Source: an uncultured virus (IMG/VR IMGVR_UViG_3300000304_000066) (Duplodnaviria; Heunggongvirae; Uroviricota; Caudoviricetes). From it: 36,694 nt of DNA. Under the pieces are notes generated by a model that did no database searches, was not told where the DNA came from, and saw only the letters and a program-made list of their open reading frames with translations. The position numbers and the translations under genes are program-made. The stretch is from IMG/VR virus record IMGVR_UViG_3300000304_000066; one strand, written 5' to 3'. Shown piece after piece: positions 7,902-18,026 of the stretch. How positions within the stretch are numbered: the stretch's first letter is position 1; each line of letters opens with the position of its first letter.

Positions 7902-8561
7902 ATGGCAGATATAAAATTGAATTCGTTAAGCACAATAATCGATGACTTATTGCTGATTGTACGAAATTCAAACATAAGTGAAAGTGAAAATATAAGTCGT
8001 ATTCAAGTAGAGCAATGGATTCACCAATATCGAGCTTACTTAATTAAACAAGATCTTGATAAAGGTAGAGAAGTAAACCCATCGTACGTACAGACTATTG
8101 GTCCTTTACATATATCCAAAGTAAGTAATTGTACTGGTGGTTATAATTACATATCTGATGAAAAACTACCTAAGTTCATCGATTTACATTTCGGTTCTGG
8201 TTTAGTTGCAGTAAAAGATATGGATGGGGATCTTATCCAAGTAGGTACTGAAACTAAAGCTAAATATCAAACAAGTAGGAAATATACATGTAATGATTAC
8301 ATCGCTTACTTAAAGAATAATCATTTGTATATACTTGGTCCAGAACATCTAGAGTATGTGAAGATAGAAGGCATACTGGAAGACCCTACTCAAGCTGGTG
8401 ATTGCTTCGATAGAGATGATACTCCTTATCCAGTACCAGCTAATATGATACCTACTATCAAACAAATGATATTTGAAAGAGAATTGAATATCATGTCACA
8501 AATGCCTAGCGATGATACTAATAATAGTACAAACGATGTAAAGATAGCGAATGGAAATTAA
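7902..8561 (+). CDS. Putative tail ring / head-tail structural protein
   Basis: 219 aa with crAss ring-protein-like motifs (IHQYRAYLIKQ, VKIEGILEDP, YPVPANMIPTIKQMI); position before IHF/Ttub/Tstab. Confidence 0.7.
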   Translation: MADIKLNSLSTIIDDLLLIVRNSNISESENISRIQVEQWIHQYRAYLIKQDLDKGREVNPSYVQTIGPLHISKVSNCTGGYNYISDEKLPKFIDLHFGSGLVAVKDMDGDLIQVGTETKAKYQTSRKYTCNDYIAYLKNNHLYILGPEHLEYVKIEGILEDPTQAGDCFDRDDTPYPVPANMIPTIKQMIFERELNIMSQMPSDDTNNSTNDVKIANGN

Positions 8562-8997
8562 ATCACATACTGGCCGGGAGTTCTATGAGTCGTACACGGA
8601 ATATGTAAAAGATAATCCTTTATATCAAGTTGATTACAGAACATTTAGAGATATAATAAATGACTACTTTAAATATCTTAGGGATGAATTAATTGAGAAT
8701 GGCAAGGAAATAAAATTACCGTGTAGAATGGGGACTTTGGCCATAGTAAAGCATAAACCTAAAGAGTATACTGGTAAGAGTTTGCGCATAGATTATGGAG
8801 AAAGTAAAAAACAGAATAAATTAATTTATCATTTAAATGAACATTCTGGGTTCTTTAAATATCGTGCTCATTGGAATAAACAGAATATGTTAACTAGAAA
8901 TAAAACCAAATATCAATTAGTGCTTACTAGGGATAACAAAAGGCGATTGGCTTATATACTTAAAAATAGAATACGAGATTACTCAATAGAATTATAA
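8551..8997 (+). CDS. HU/IHF-like basic protein of crAss tail module
   Basis: IINDYFKYLRDELIENGKEIKLPCRMGTLAIVKHKP resembles the HU/IHF helix-strand signature; located directly before the tail tubular gene. Confidence 0.7.
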   Translation: MEIKSHTGREFYESYTEYVKDNPLYQVDYRTFRDIINDYFKYLRDELIENGKEIKLPCRMGTLAIVKHKPKEYTGKSLRIDYGESKKQNKLIYHLNEHSGFFKYRAHWNKQNMLTRNKTKYQLVLTRDNKRRLAYILKNRIRDYSIEL

Positions 8998-8998
8998 T

Positions 8999-9997
8999 AT
9001 GGTTACAAAATTAACTTCAGTTAAAACGGTAATTGCCAAAGTAATAGCAGACCTTGATTTAAAAGAGGATGATATGAGGATTACTGATATGCGCGAATGG
9101 GCAGCTGAGGCGATTGAAAAGATCGGTGCTGTTACTCAATTCATTCATAAAGTATCAGGTCAAGACGGTACTCCTATTACTGTATTACATGCGCATCAAG
9201 CACCACTACCTTGTGACCTACATCAGCTTCATCAAGTAGCATATTCATTTAATTGTGACGGACCTTGGTTTCCTATGAGGAAAGCAACAGGTTCATTTGC
9301 TGTTTGGGGGCATGAAGACTGTTGTGGTTGTGACTGTTATGATTGTCTAGGTCACAAGTTAGAATGTAGACACGAAGATGGATGTGAACATTGTTGTCCT
9401 AATATGTTGGTACCTGATGATACTATGGTTAAATTAGTAATAGATATGATTGGTAATATTGATAAAACAGAAGCATTAGAACTGTTAAATACCAATCAAA
9501 ATTTACGTACAATAGTATCTAATCTCATTAATCAACATACTGTAGGAGCTAAGCATTGTGATGGTTATAGTACTGCAAATCCTAGTTGGGGGTTTCAATA
9601 TAGTATTAAACCCGGTTATATAATGTGCAATGTACCGTGTGGCTATTTAAAATTATCATACAGTGCTGTACCTACTGATGAGGATGGGTATACATTAATA
9701 CCTGATATGACTTCTTATACAGAAGCTATTTATTGGTACATTACTATGAAAATGATGTATCCTAAATTGTTAAGAGGTGAAATTAATAGACAAGATTACT
9801 ACGACATACGTAGATCTTGGAACTTCTATAGACAGCAAGCATATGCAGAAGCATTAATGCCCAATGAAGACGGTCTTGAATCTCTTAAGAATAATTGGAA
9901 TAAAATTGTACCAGAGTTTAGAGATCACAATAGTTTCTATTCTCATACTGGTGAAAGACAAATAATTTATAACGCTAACGACAATGAACTCTACTAG
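8999..9997 (+). CDS. Tail tubular / ring protein (Ttub-like) with Cys/His-rich insertion
   Basis: EWAAEAIEKIG, LPCDL, LSYSAVPTDEDGYTLIPD..SYTEAIYWYI motifs; immediately upstream of and overlapping the stabilisation gene. Confidence 0.75.
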   Translation: MVTKLTSVKTVIAKVIADLDLKEDDMRITDMREWAAEAIEKIGAVTQFIHKVSGQDGTPITVLHAHQAPLPCDLHQLHQVAYSFNCDGPWFPMRKATGSFAVWGHEDCCGCDCYDCLGHKLECRHEDGCEHCCPNMLVPDDTMVKLVIDMIGNIDKTEALELLNTNQNLRTIVSNLINQHTVGAKHCDGYSTANPSWGFQYSIKPGYIMCNVPCGYLKLSYSAVPTDEDGYTLIPDMTSYTEAIYWYITMKMMYPKLLRGEINRQDYYDIRRSWNFYRQQAYAEALMPNEDGLESLKNNWNKIVPEFRDHNSFYSHTGERQIIYNANDNELY

Positions 9998-12900
9998 ACA
10001 AACAAATACATTCTCTGCTGGCATGAATATGGATATAGATTACTCTTTACTTAAGGAAAATCAGTATGTGTATTCAGAAAACATTAGAATTGTAACTAAT
10101 GATGGTTCATCTATTGGTGCCATGCAGAATATAGAAGGTTTTTTGGCATGTACTCCTTCATTGACGTTATCTGGTGAAACTATTGTACATGTCAATACCA
10201 TAAGAGATCTGGCTATAGTATTTACTAACATAAATGGCACAGGTAATTTTAATGTTTACAGATACGATTTCACATCATCTGAAGAAACACCTCAAGTAAC
10301 TAAAGTAGTAAGTGCTAGGCCGTTAGGTATTAGTGCTTCTACAGGAAATGTATATGCTTTAAGTAGCGTATGTAGGTGGGAATCTGAAAATAATATTAAA
10401 ATATACTGGGCAGATGGTCGCAATCAGGTAAAAGTAATAAATGTAGACGATGACCACATATCTTTTAATTCTAATATTACTGCTGATGACATAACGATTG
10501 TACCCAAGGCTACATTACCCCCATTTGAATTCAATGGTTTTGGTAGTGGGGGATTAGAATCAGGCATGATTCAATATTGCTACCAATTATTCCAAAAAAG
10601 AGGATTGGCGTCAGCATTATCACAATTGACTCCTTTATATCATTTGAGTGAAAATGATAACAAAAGTGATGGTAATAGGGTAATGGGTTCATCTGCCAAT
10701 CAAAATACAGGTAAATCAATTAAACTTAAAGTAAATAACCCAAACACTAAATTTGATAGAGCTAGAATTATATCAATACATTATAAAAGTAAGAATGATG
10801 TACCTACAATTACCATAATTGATGATATAAACATTAGCGATAGTCCTACTATAGAATACGAGGATAGAGGTGGAACCACAGCATCAGAATTAAGTATTGA
10901 CGAGTTTAATATGATGACAGGATACGCCTTTATTCCTGAAGTAATAGAATCTAAAGACAACAGATTATTTGCTGCTAACATTACTGAGGATACGTGGGAT
11001 GTAGAATATGATGCAAGAGCATATAGAGCAAATACTTCTGGCAACATACAATTATTATCTAATTCTGGTAATACATTAACATTTACACTAAACAATGTAT
11101 CATCATATGACGTACCAGTAGATCATGACTGTATTTGTCCTTATAATGTGTCTGATTCTGAATATAAATATATATCTGGTCCAACTGGACAAATGATTCT
11201 TGGTGGTAAAGGTAGAAATATATCGTATAGATTTGTAACTACTAATTTAGTAGAAGATGATGAACCTGTAGTAAATAATAGAGCAAGCGAAAACTTTACA
11301 TTTACTTCGTCTGCTAGGTCTAGAAATATTCTTACTATACATTATGAAGGAAATGACAAAACCTCACAAATAAATCTTACATCAAATACATCTAGAATAT
11401 TTAATTACGCAGATGCTGAAATAGAATCCAAAGTAAAGGGGTATATGCGTGATGAAATTTATAGATTTGGTATAGTATTGTATAACAATAAAGGTCAAGC
11501 TTCTCCTGTACATTGGATTGGAGATATAAGAATGCCCTCAGTAAGGGATACTGATTTTGAAACTTTTAAATTCAATGAATCTAATGAATACGGTAATAAT
11601 ATATCAGTTACTACTAAGCCATTAGGTATAGAATTTGAAGTAAATAATTTACCATCAGAAGTAGTAAGATACGAAATAGTAAGATGTGAAAGAACTATTT
11701 CGGATAGAACGGTATTGGCACAAGGAGTGGTCAGTTGTGTAACTAATTATGATAACGATAGCAGCGTGCTTACTCCGTTTCCATATTTATCTTATAATAA
11801 TATTCACGGATACCGATCAACTGTTGCTGGTTCAGAATATAGTTATACATTTGATTTAGCTAGTACTCAATCTAAGAACTATTTTATGTTCGTATCGCCA
11901 GAAATATGTATCAACAAAGAAAATTCTGAAGAGCTAATAAATAAATTTCAAACTGTAGAGAAACTTGCAGGGTTAACTAGTCAAATTTATAACGATACTT
12001 CATTCTGGACCAATCAAGAATTAGCTGCAGTAGGTATCAAAACATTTGCTAATGCCAAAGCAATAAAAGCTAATGGTGAGTCAATTACTCCTACTAATCA
12101 ATACAAGAATGAACAAAATAATGGTTTAATAGTAGATAATCGCTTATATTTGTGTAATGGTACATCTGAAGATGATTTGACATTTTATAATGCTATATTA
12201 TCTAAATACTATCAAATGGACATAGATCAAACATATAGGGCAGCAAGTATAGATGCAGCTAAATACGTAGGTCCAACTAATCCGTTTATGGAAAGTAGCA
12301 AATATTGGCCTTGGTATAATGCAGATGGCGTTACTATAGGTGATAAGACGTATTACAACTGGGTATGGGATAATATTAAAACTGCAGATGAAGGAGAAGT
12401 AGACAAAACTGATGCAAACAATGTTAGAAAATATGGACCACATGGTTTGTGTGCTATATTTAAAAGTGACAATATGATTAGTAATATACCGCTGTTGTCA
12501 TCTAGTACATTAATAAACGGTGTAATACTATGTAATATGAAACAAAGTGTAACCCCTTACGGAGGTAATTCTTATTCTGCTATACAAAACTCCGTGTACA
12601 TTCCTACTGGGGTTACAGCAAGTAGTAATACACAAAGTGTAATATGTTTTGGAGGAGACACGTTTATTAATATGTTAGATTACAACATTTGTATGTTATC
12701 CTTCTATATGGATGATTACGAAGCTAACAAAGGTGCAAGATTGTTCTCTGGTGCATTTATTCCAGTAGAATCAAGTGCTAATTTGATGATGACTAATTCA
12801 GATTCATCTATAAATAGAACATATGAAGCAGGTAGTTTTTATGCTAATCATTTTGTACAAGATGACATAGTAAGTATAGGTAATTTGTATTCACAGAATA

Positions 12901-14021
12901 CGCCTTCATATTCTTACAATGATGCATATTCTGCTCAGCCAAATCTTAAGCAATTTGTAGGTAAATCAATATATAATATCGATAATTTACTTACAGATAC
13001 AAGAATTATGTCTTCGGAATTAAAAACTAATAATGAAGTAACAGATTCTTGGTCTCAGTTTAAAGTAGCTAACTACATAGACTTAGATACTAGATTCGGT
13101 CCTATAAATGATATGAAATTATTCCATAATAACTTGTTATTTTGGCAAACTGACGCTTTTGGCACAGTAGCAGTAAATGAACGTTCTCTAATAACTGACA
13201 ATAATCCAGGTGCTCTTACTCTAGGAATTGGAGGGATACTTGATAGATACGATTATTTCACTACAAAGAATGGTGAAAGTCCCAATCAATTAAGAGCAAA
13301 CACACAATCTGATAGTACTGTATATTGGTTTGATTCTAAGAGAAATGAAATATGTGGTTTTGATGGTCAATTACAAACTGTATCTAAACTTAAAGGTGTA
13401 CAATCATATTTGAATACCAATAAAGACATATTTTTAAAAAACCCCATTGCTACATACGATAAGAAATATAACGAAGTATTGTTTACTCTAGAAAATAAAA
13501 CTTTAGTATTCAATGAACAAATAGGGGCATTTACTTCATTCTATACTTATAAACCTGACTATTATGCTGAATTTACAGACAAACTATATACGTTCAATGG
13601 TTTGAAATTATATAAGTATAATTCTGGTGATGAAAATGATTTGTATGACGATAAAGCTAAAATATCATACATGAAGTATGTAGTAAATGCAAATTATCCT
13701 CAAACTAAAACATTTGATAATGTAGAGTATGGCGGTGATTTTACTCCAGAAACTAACTTCGACAATATCTATTTTGAAACCAAAAGACAAACTAGCTACA
13801 CTTTAACTAAAGATGATATAGACTATAGGGAAGATACTTATAAGTTTTGCATACCACGTAATAGTTTAGATTTAAATGAAGTAGAACAGTTAGTAAACAA
13901 ATCATATAAAGATAGAATGAAAGGTAAATATTTAGTATGTCATTATAAATATGATTGTAATAATGGTAATACATTTAAAGTTCCTTACATTAGTACAGCT
14001 TATAGAAATTCATTGATATAA
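9984..14021 (+). CDS. Tail stabilisation / muzzle protein (Tstab-like)
   Basis: 1345 aa, beta-rich; N-terminal NTFSAGMNMD...ENIRI, KGYMRDEIYRFGIV, FGGDTFI, KTFDNVEY and C-terminal RMKGKY motifs typical of this crAss protein. Confidence 0.82.
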   Translation: MNSTRQTNTFSAGMNMDIDYSLLKENQYVYSENIRIVTNDGSSIGAMQNIEGFLACTPSLTLSGETIVHVNTIRDLAIVFTNINGTGNFNVYRYDFTSSEETPQVTKVVSARPLGISASTGNVYALSSVCRWESENNIKIYWADGRNQVKVINVDDDHISFNSNITADDITIVPKATLPPFEFNGFGSGGLESGMIQYCYQLFQKRGLASALSQLTPLYHLSENDNKSDGNRVMGSSANQNTGKSIKLKVNNPNTKFDRARIISIHYKSKNDVPTITIIDDINISDSPTIEYEDRGGTTASELSIDEFNMMTGYAFIPEVIESKDNRLFAANITEDTWDVEYDARAYRANTSGNIQLLSNSGNTLTFTLNNVSSYDVPVDHDCICPYNVSDSEYKYISGPTGQMILGGKGRNISYRFVTTNLVEDDEPVVNNRASENFTFTSSARSRNILTIHYEGNDKTSQINLTSNTSRIFNYADAEIESKVKGYMRDEIYRFGIVLYNNKGQASPVHWIGDIRMPSVRDTDFETFKFNESNEYGNNISVTTKPLGIEFEVNNLPSEVVRYEIVRCERTISDRTVLAQGVVSCVTNYDNDSSVLTPFPYLSYNNIHGYRSTVAGSEYSYTFDLASTQSKNYFMFVSPEICINKENSEELINKFQTVEKLAGLTSQIYNDTSFWTNQELAAVGIKTFANAKAIKANGESITPTNQYKNEQNNGLIVDNRLYLCNGTSEDDLTFYNAILSKYYQMDIDQTYRAASIDAAKYVGPTNPFMESSKYWPWYNADGVTIGDKTYYNWVWDNIKTADEGEVDKTDANNVRKYGPHGLCAIFKSDNMISNIPLLSSSTLINGVILCNMKQSVTPYGGNSYSAIQNSVYIPTGVTASSNTQSVICFGGDTFINMLDYNICMLSFYMDDYEANKGARLFSGAFIPVESSANLMMTNSDSSINRTYEAGSFYANHFVQDDIVSIGNLYSQNTPSYSYNDAYSAQPNLKQFVGKSIYNIDNLLTDTRIMSSELKTNNEVTDSWSQFKVANYIDLDTRFGPINDMKLFHNNLLFWQTDAFGTVAVNERSLITDNNPGALTLGIGGILDRYDYFTTKNGESPNQLRANTQSDSTVYWFDSKRNEICGFDGQLQTVSKLKGVQSYLNTNKDIFLKNPIATYDKKYNEVLFTLENKTLVFNEQIGAFTSFYTYKPDYYAEFTDKLYTFNGLKLYKYNSGDENDLYDDKAKISYMKYVVNANYPQTKTFDNVEYGGDFTPETNFDNIYFETKRQTSYTLTKDDIDYREDTYKFCIPRNSLDLNEVEQLVNKSYKDRMKGKYLVCHYKYDCNNGNTFKVPYISTAYRNSLI

Positions 14022-14022
14022 T

Positions 14023-16098
14023 ATGAAAAAGAAAATAAACAAAAAAGTACCAGCATATGCATTTGGAATTAATGCTAATATTCTAGGTAATTTAGAAAAC
14101 ATTCTTGGTGCTGCTGGAACTGTTGCAAACGCTGCTGGAGGAATAGTATCTGCAAATGCGGATGCTACTTCTTCTGGTGCAGTTGCTGGTTCAGCTCTTT
14201 CTGGCTTAGGTAAAGGCGCAGCTATGGGATCGTCTTTAGGATCTGTTATACCGGGTATCGGTACAGCTATAGGTGGAGCTATAGGTGCAGTAGGTGGTGC
14301 CATAGGTGGTATCTTTACAGGTAGGAAAAGACGTAGAGAAGCACAAGAACGTAGAAGAAAACAAACTACACTCAATAATACCAAAATGGGTTTGAATAAT
14401 GCTGCTGTAGCTGAAGAAGAATATTGGGATGATAATACTCTAGCATACACATTTGAAAATGGTGGTATACTTCCAGATTTAGCATACGTAGATAATAATG
14501 AGATTATAAGAGATGATTATGGTAATATCATTGAAGTACCCAATAATAAACCAGGTACAGACAATCATCTCATAGATGCTTCTACTCTGGAATCTGTATT
14601 ATCTGATAAGATAAAGAAACCTGGTACTAATAAAACATTTGCCAAAGAAGGTAAAAGAATAGCAAAGATGATGAAACCAAGTAAAGGCAAAGATGAATTT
14701 GCTAAAAATACAGATAGATTAAATAAAATAAATGCTAACAAAGCATATGAGCAATTGCTAGCAGAACAAGAAGATGTGAAAGCAAAGAAAGGTATTAAAC
14801 CTAAAGTAAAAGGAATACCTGCGTATGAAGACGGGAAAGGTATGACAGTATCTGAAGTTAGAAGTAAGATGAATAGAGAAACTTACGCAGCTTATGGTGA
14901 TTTATTTGATGAAATAGGTAAAGGTTTAAATCAATTTGGTAATGCATTATTATATTTTCCAAGACAAATATTTAGTCCTTTATTGAATAATAAGAACGTT
15001 ACAAAGGCTGTTTCACAAGCAAGGAATACAAAATTAAATCGTAATAATACTACTACTTCTAATGATGGTTCCTCTTTTGTAGACTGGTTAAAATCACCAA
15101 GTGCTACAGCTACTGCACAAAAAAATTCTCCTTATAGAAGGAATTATGTTACAGGGGATGTTGATAGAGATTATTACGTTCACCCATTAACTCCTAATCC
15201 TAATACCGAAATAGATGCTATTACTGGGGAAACTATTCCAGTAGAAGAACCTATATACTTTAGTGAAAATCTTCCTAATGTTACAGTAACTGCTGCAAAA
15301 CCTAAGAAAACAACCCCTAGTACTTCTAAAGCTAAAACTACAACTACTACACAACAAACTACAACTACTCAACCAGATTTACAGCCAATTAATATAAAGT
15401 TACCCAATTCTGCATTACCTGAAATACCTGTTCCTGAGATAAATGGACCCAAAGGTAGGTTATTGGATTACTATCCACAACAAAGAAAAAGGGGGGATGA
15501 TGAAACAGGAAATGCTACTACAGGATATTCACCAGATTGGTTATCACTTGTTCCTACTGTTTACAATTTTGTCCAATCTTTAAAAGGTCCTGAGTATGAT
15601 CCACTTGTTGTAAACCCATACGCAGGAGCGGTGAGAAGTACTATGGCTAGACGTAGAATGAATATTGAACCTATTAGAAATGCTAACAGAAGATCTAGAG
15701 CAATCTCTAACTACAATTTAGCTAATATTAATGCGAACACTGGTGCTAATTTAGCTGCAAGAACGCAAGCTGCTACTAATGAATATAGTGCTAATGCAGA
15801 TATGTATGCCACTAAACAAAATACTGATAATCAATATTTGGCAGACTATGCAAATACACTTAATAATTTAGGTCAACAATTTGTACAAAGCAACGTGTTG
15901 CAAAATGAAAATAATGCCAGAAATAGAGCAAGAGCTAGAGATTTTGGTGCTACTGCAGCTAGTCAATTAGGTAAATGGTCTCAAGTAAGAAGACAGGAGA
16001 GAAACCAATATAATAGAGATAAAATGATGTTGCCTTACTTACAAGAGTATTTGGATGCTGTTACAAATGCAGCAAAATATAATAAATTAACAGTATAA
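14023..16098 (+). CDS. Putative ejection / cargo protein 1 (glycine-zipper TM region)
   Basis: 691 aa; GxxxG zipper IPGIGTAIGGAIGAVGGAIGG, Thr/Pro-rich linker, Asn/Ala/Arg helical C-terminus; follows the muzzle gene. Confidence 0.7.
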   Translation: MKKKINKKVPAYAFGINANILGNLENILGAAGTVANAAGGIVSANADATSSGAVAGSALSGLGKGAAMGSSLGSVIPGIGTAIGGAIGAVGGAIGGIFTGRKRRREAQERRRKQTTLNNTKMGLNNAAVAEEEYWDDNTLAYTFENGGILPDLAYVDNNEIIRDDYGNIIEVPNNKPGTDNHLIDASTLESVLSDKIKKPGTNKTFAKEGKRIAKMMKPSKGKDEFAKNTDRLNKINANKAYEQLLAEQEDVKAKKGIKPKVKGIPAYEDGKGMTVSEVRSKMNRETYAAYGDLFDEIGKGLNQFGNALLYFPRQIFSPLLNNKNVTKAVSQARNTKLNRNNTTTSNDGSSFVDWLKSPSATATAQKNSPYRRNYVTGDVDRDYYVHPLTPNPNTEIDAITGETIPVEEPIYFSENLPNVTVTAAKPKKTTPSTSKAKTTTTTQQTTTTQPDLQPINIKLPNSALPEIPVPEINGPKGRLLDYYPQQRKRGDDETGNATTGYSPDWLSLVPTVYNFVQSLKGPEYDPLVVNPYAGAVRSTMARRRMNIEPIRNANRRSRAISNYNLANINANTGANLAARTQAATNEYSANADMYATKQNTDNQYLADYANTLNNLGQQFVQSNVLQNENNARNRARARDFGATAASQLGKWSQVRRQERNQYNRDKMMLPYLQEYLDAVTNAAKYNKLTV

Positions 16099-16101
16099 GA
16101 T

Positions 16102-18015
16102 ATGGCAGTAAATAGATATGATAATCCAGCAGAAGCAGAATTCATAAATACATATGTTCCAATACCATTTGAACAATTATACGTACTTGGTAAAACTGCT
16201 GGTGACAGATTAGATAAAACAATAAAAGCATACGGAGATGCAAGAAAACTTTGGAGTGATTTTCAATCTCAATCTGCAGTAGATATGCAAAGATGGGATG
16301 ACCTTACTATGGGTCGTGTAAGACCATTGGTAGATGCTGCTGCAGCTAATCCTGATTTGATGAAAGATGCATCTTGGCAAATGCAACTGCAATCAACTAT
16401 TGCAAATACTGATACAGCTGCATTAGGTAGACTTAGACAAAATGCTGAAAATTTTAATGCATATATTGATAATGTGCAAAAGTTAATGGCACAAAACAGA
16501 TATAATAGTGCATGGCATACTAGAAATTTTTCAAATTGGGATACGTTAGGTAAGGATGGTTTATTTAATGAAACCCCTACTCCGTATTCTTCTGTAGTAG
16601 ATATGGTTCATCCTTATGTAGATAATTTGAAACCAAACAGTCTTGGTAATAGAAATGGCTATTTATGGGAGGGAATTACTCCAGAAAGAACTTTAGCGCA
16701 AGTAAATGCTCACATGAGTGATATATTAGCTACTCCTCAAGCTGCAATGCACGTTAAAACTTTGATGGATAGTGGTTTATCGCAAGAAGAAGCCCTTAAT
16801 ACATTTATTGGTCAAGTAAATAATGCGGCAAGGGAGATGTCATGGGAGAGAATGANNNNNNNNNNNNNNNNNNNNNNNNNNNNNNNNNNNNNNNNNNNNN
16901 NNNNNNNNNNNNNNNNNNNNNNNNNNNNNNNNNNNNNNNNNNCTGGTGCGGATCCTTACGCATTAGTTAACGCCAGAGTAAGAGCTGCTGCATCTGCGAC
17001 TAATACACAAGCTTCTCAGAGCTTTAATCAAGATTTAGCTGCTAATTTAGGTATCAATACTTTAGGTAAATTAAGACAAGCAATGGTTCAAAGAGCTACT
17101 GCAAATGGGGATACAGAAAGCGCTGATACTTGGAGTAACATGACAAATGAACAATTAGCTGAAGCATATAATAATGCTTGGTCTTCTGCATTTTCTTCTG
17201 GTAATACTTCTGCAATTAGATCTCTTATGGATTACTCCACAGCCAGAGTAAGCCCGGGATATGCTGCTAAATTAGTAGATCCTTCTATAGGTGAAACAGG
17301 TGGTACTAAACCTATAGAATTTAGGATTGGTAACGAAGCACCTTCATACGGTCAAAGAGTTGATAGAAACTCTATGTTTGGTACTGTGTTATTTAATCAC
17401 AATGGTATACCAGTAGCAGAAATATCTAAGAGTTTCTTACTCAACAATGATAAAAATCTCTTAAGTTTGATGGCAGGATTTAATAATGACGTTAAACAAA
17501 GTAAAGTACAAACTTTAAGAGATAATATTGGTAATTTTATGGAAACATTTACTTCTTTAGTATCACCGGTATTTGTTGCAAATGGCAACGTAATGCAGAT
17601 GGACAATACCAATCCTAACTATCCATATATGAGAAGTAACTTAGTAATGGGAGAAGGTTATATATCTGAAGATCAATTTGATGCTATTTGCAAAACTATG
17701 GCAGATTCTGGACAGTTCGGTAATTTAACTAGTGGGGATATTCATAGAATATTGACCAATGGGTTAGATGATAAACGTACTCATGGAATTATGACCAAAG
17801 TAGAAGATGTAAAGTTGGACAGTGAAGATACGGATGGTTCTACTTATTATAAATTTAATATGGGTTACCCATATGATGATCCTGTAAGAAGATTAATGTG
17901 GGATGATATATACTCTTCTGATGTATTTGGTACTACTGGGGCATTTAAATCTAGAGGTGCACATATACAACATGCTGGATATGATAATACTAAATTCAAC
18001 AATTCTAATTTATAA
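16102..18015 (+). CDS. Putative ejection / cargo protein 2 (contains N gap 16856-16942)
   Basis: MAVNRYDNPAEAEFINTYVPIPF N-terminus; frame open on both sides of the gap; between cargo 1 and the RNAP gene. Confidence 0.65.
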   Translation: MAVNRYDNPAEAEFINTYVPIPFEQLYVLGKTAGDRLDKTIKAYGDARKLWSDFQSQSAVDMQRWDDLTMGRVRPLVDAAAANPDLMKDASWQMQLQSTIANTDTAALGRLRQNAENFNAYIDNVQKLMAQNRYNSAWHTRNFSNWDTLGKDGLFNETPTPYSSVVDMVHPYVDNLKPNSLGNRNGYLWEGITPERTLAQVNAHMSDILATPQAAMHVKTLMDSGLSQEEALNTFIGQVNNAAREMSWERMXXXXXXXXXXXXXXXXXXXXXXXXXXXXXXGADPYALVNARVRAAASATNTQASQSFNQDLAANLGINTLGKLRQAMVQRATANGDTESADTWSNMTNEQLAEAYNNAWSSAFSSGNTSAIRSLMDYSTARVSPGYAAKLVDPSIGETGGTKPIEFRIGNEAPSYGQRVDRNSMFGTVLFNHNGIPVAEISKSFLLNNDKNLLSLMAGFNNDVKQSKVQTLRDNIGNFMETFTSLVSPVFVANGNVMQMDNTNPNYPYMRSNLVMGEGYISEDQFDAICKTMADSGQFGNLTSGDIHRILTNGLDDKRTHGIMTKVEDVKLDSEDTDGSTYYKFNMGYPYDDPVRRLMWDDIYSSDVFGTTGAFKSRGAHIQHAGYDNTKFNNSNL

Positions 18016-18026
18016 AATATTTTAAC

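Noticed and set aside
15300..15375. ACA/ACT-rich tandem-like tract as a repeat element
   Set aside because: It simply encodes a Thr-rich linker (KTTTTTQQTTTTQP) in cargo protein 1.
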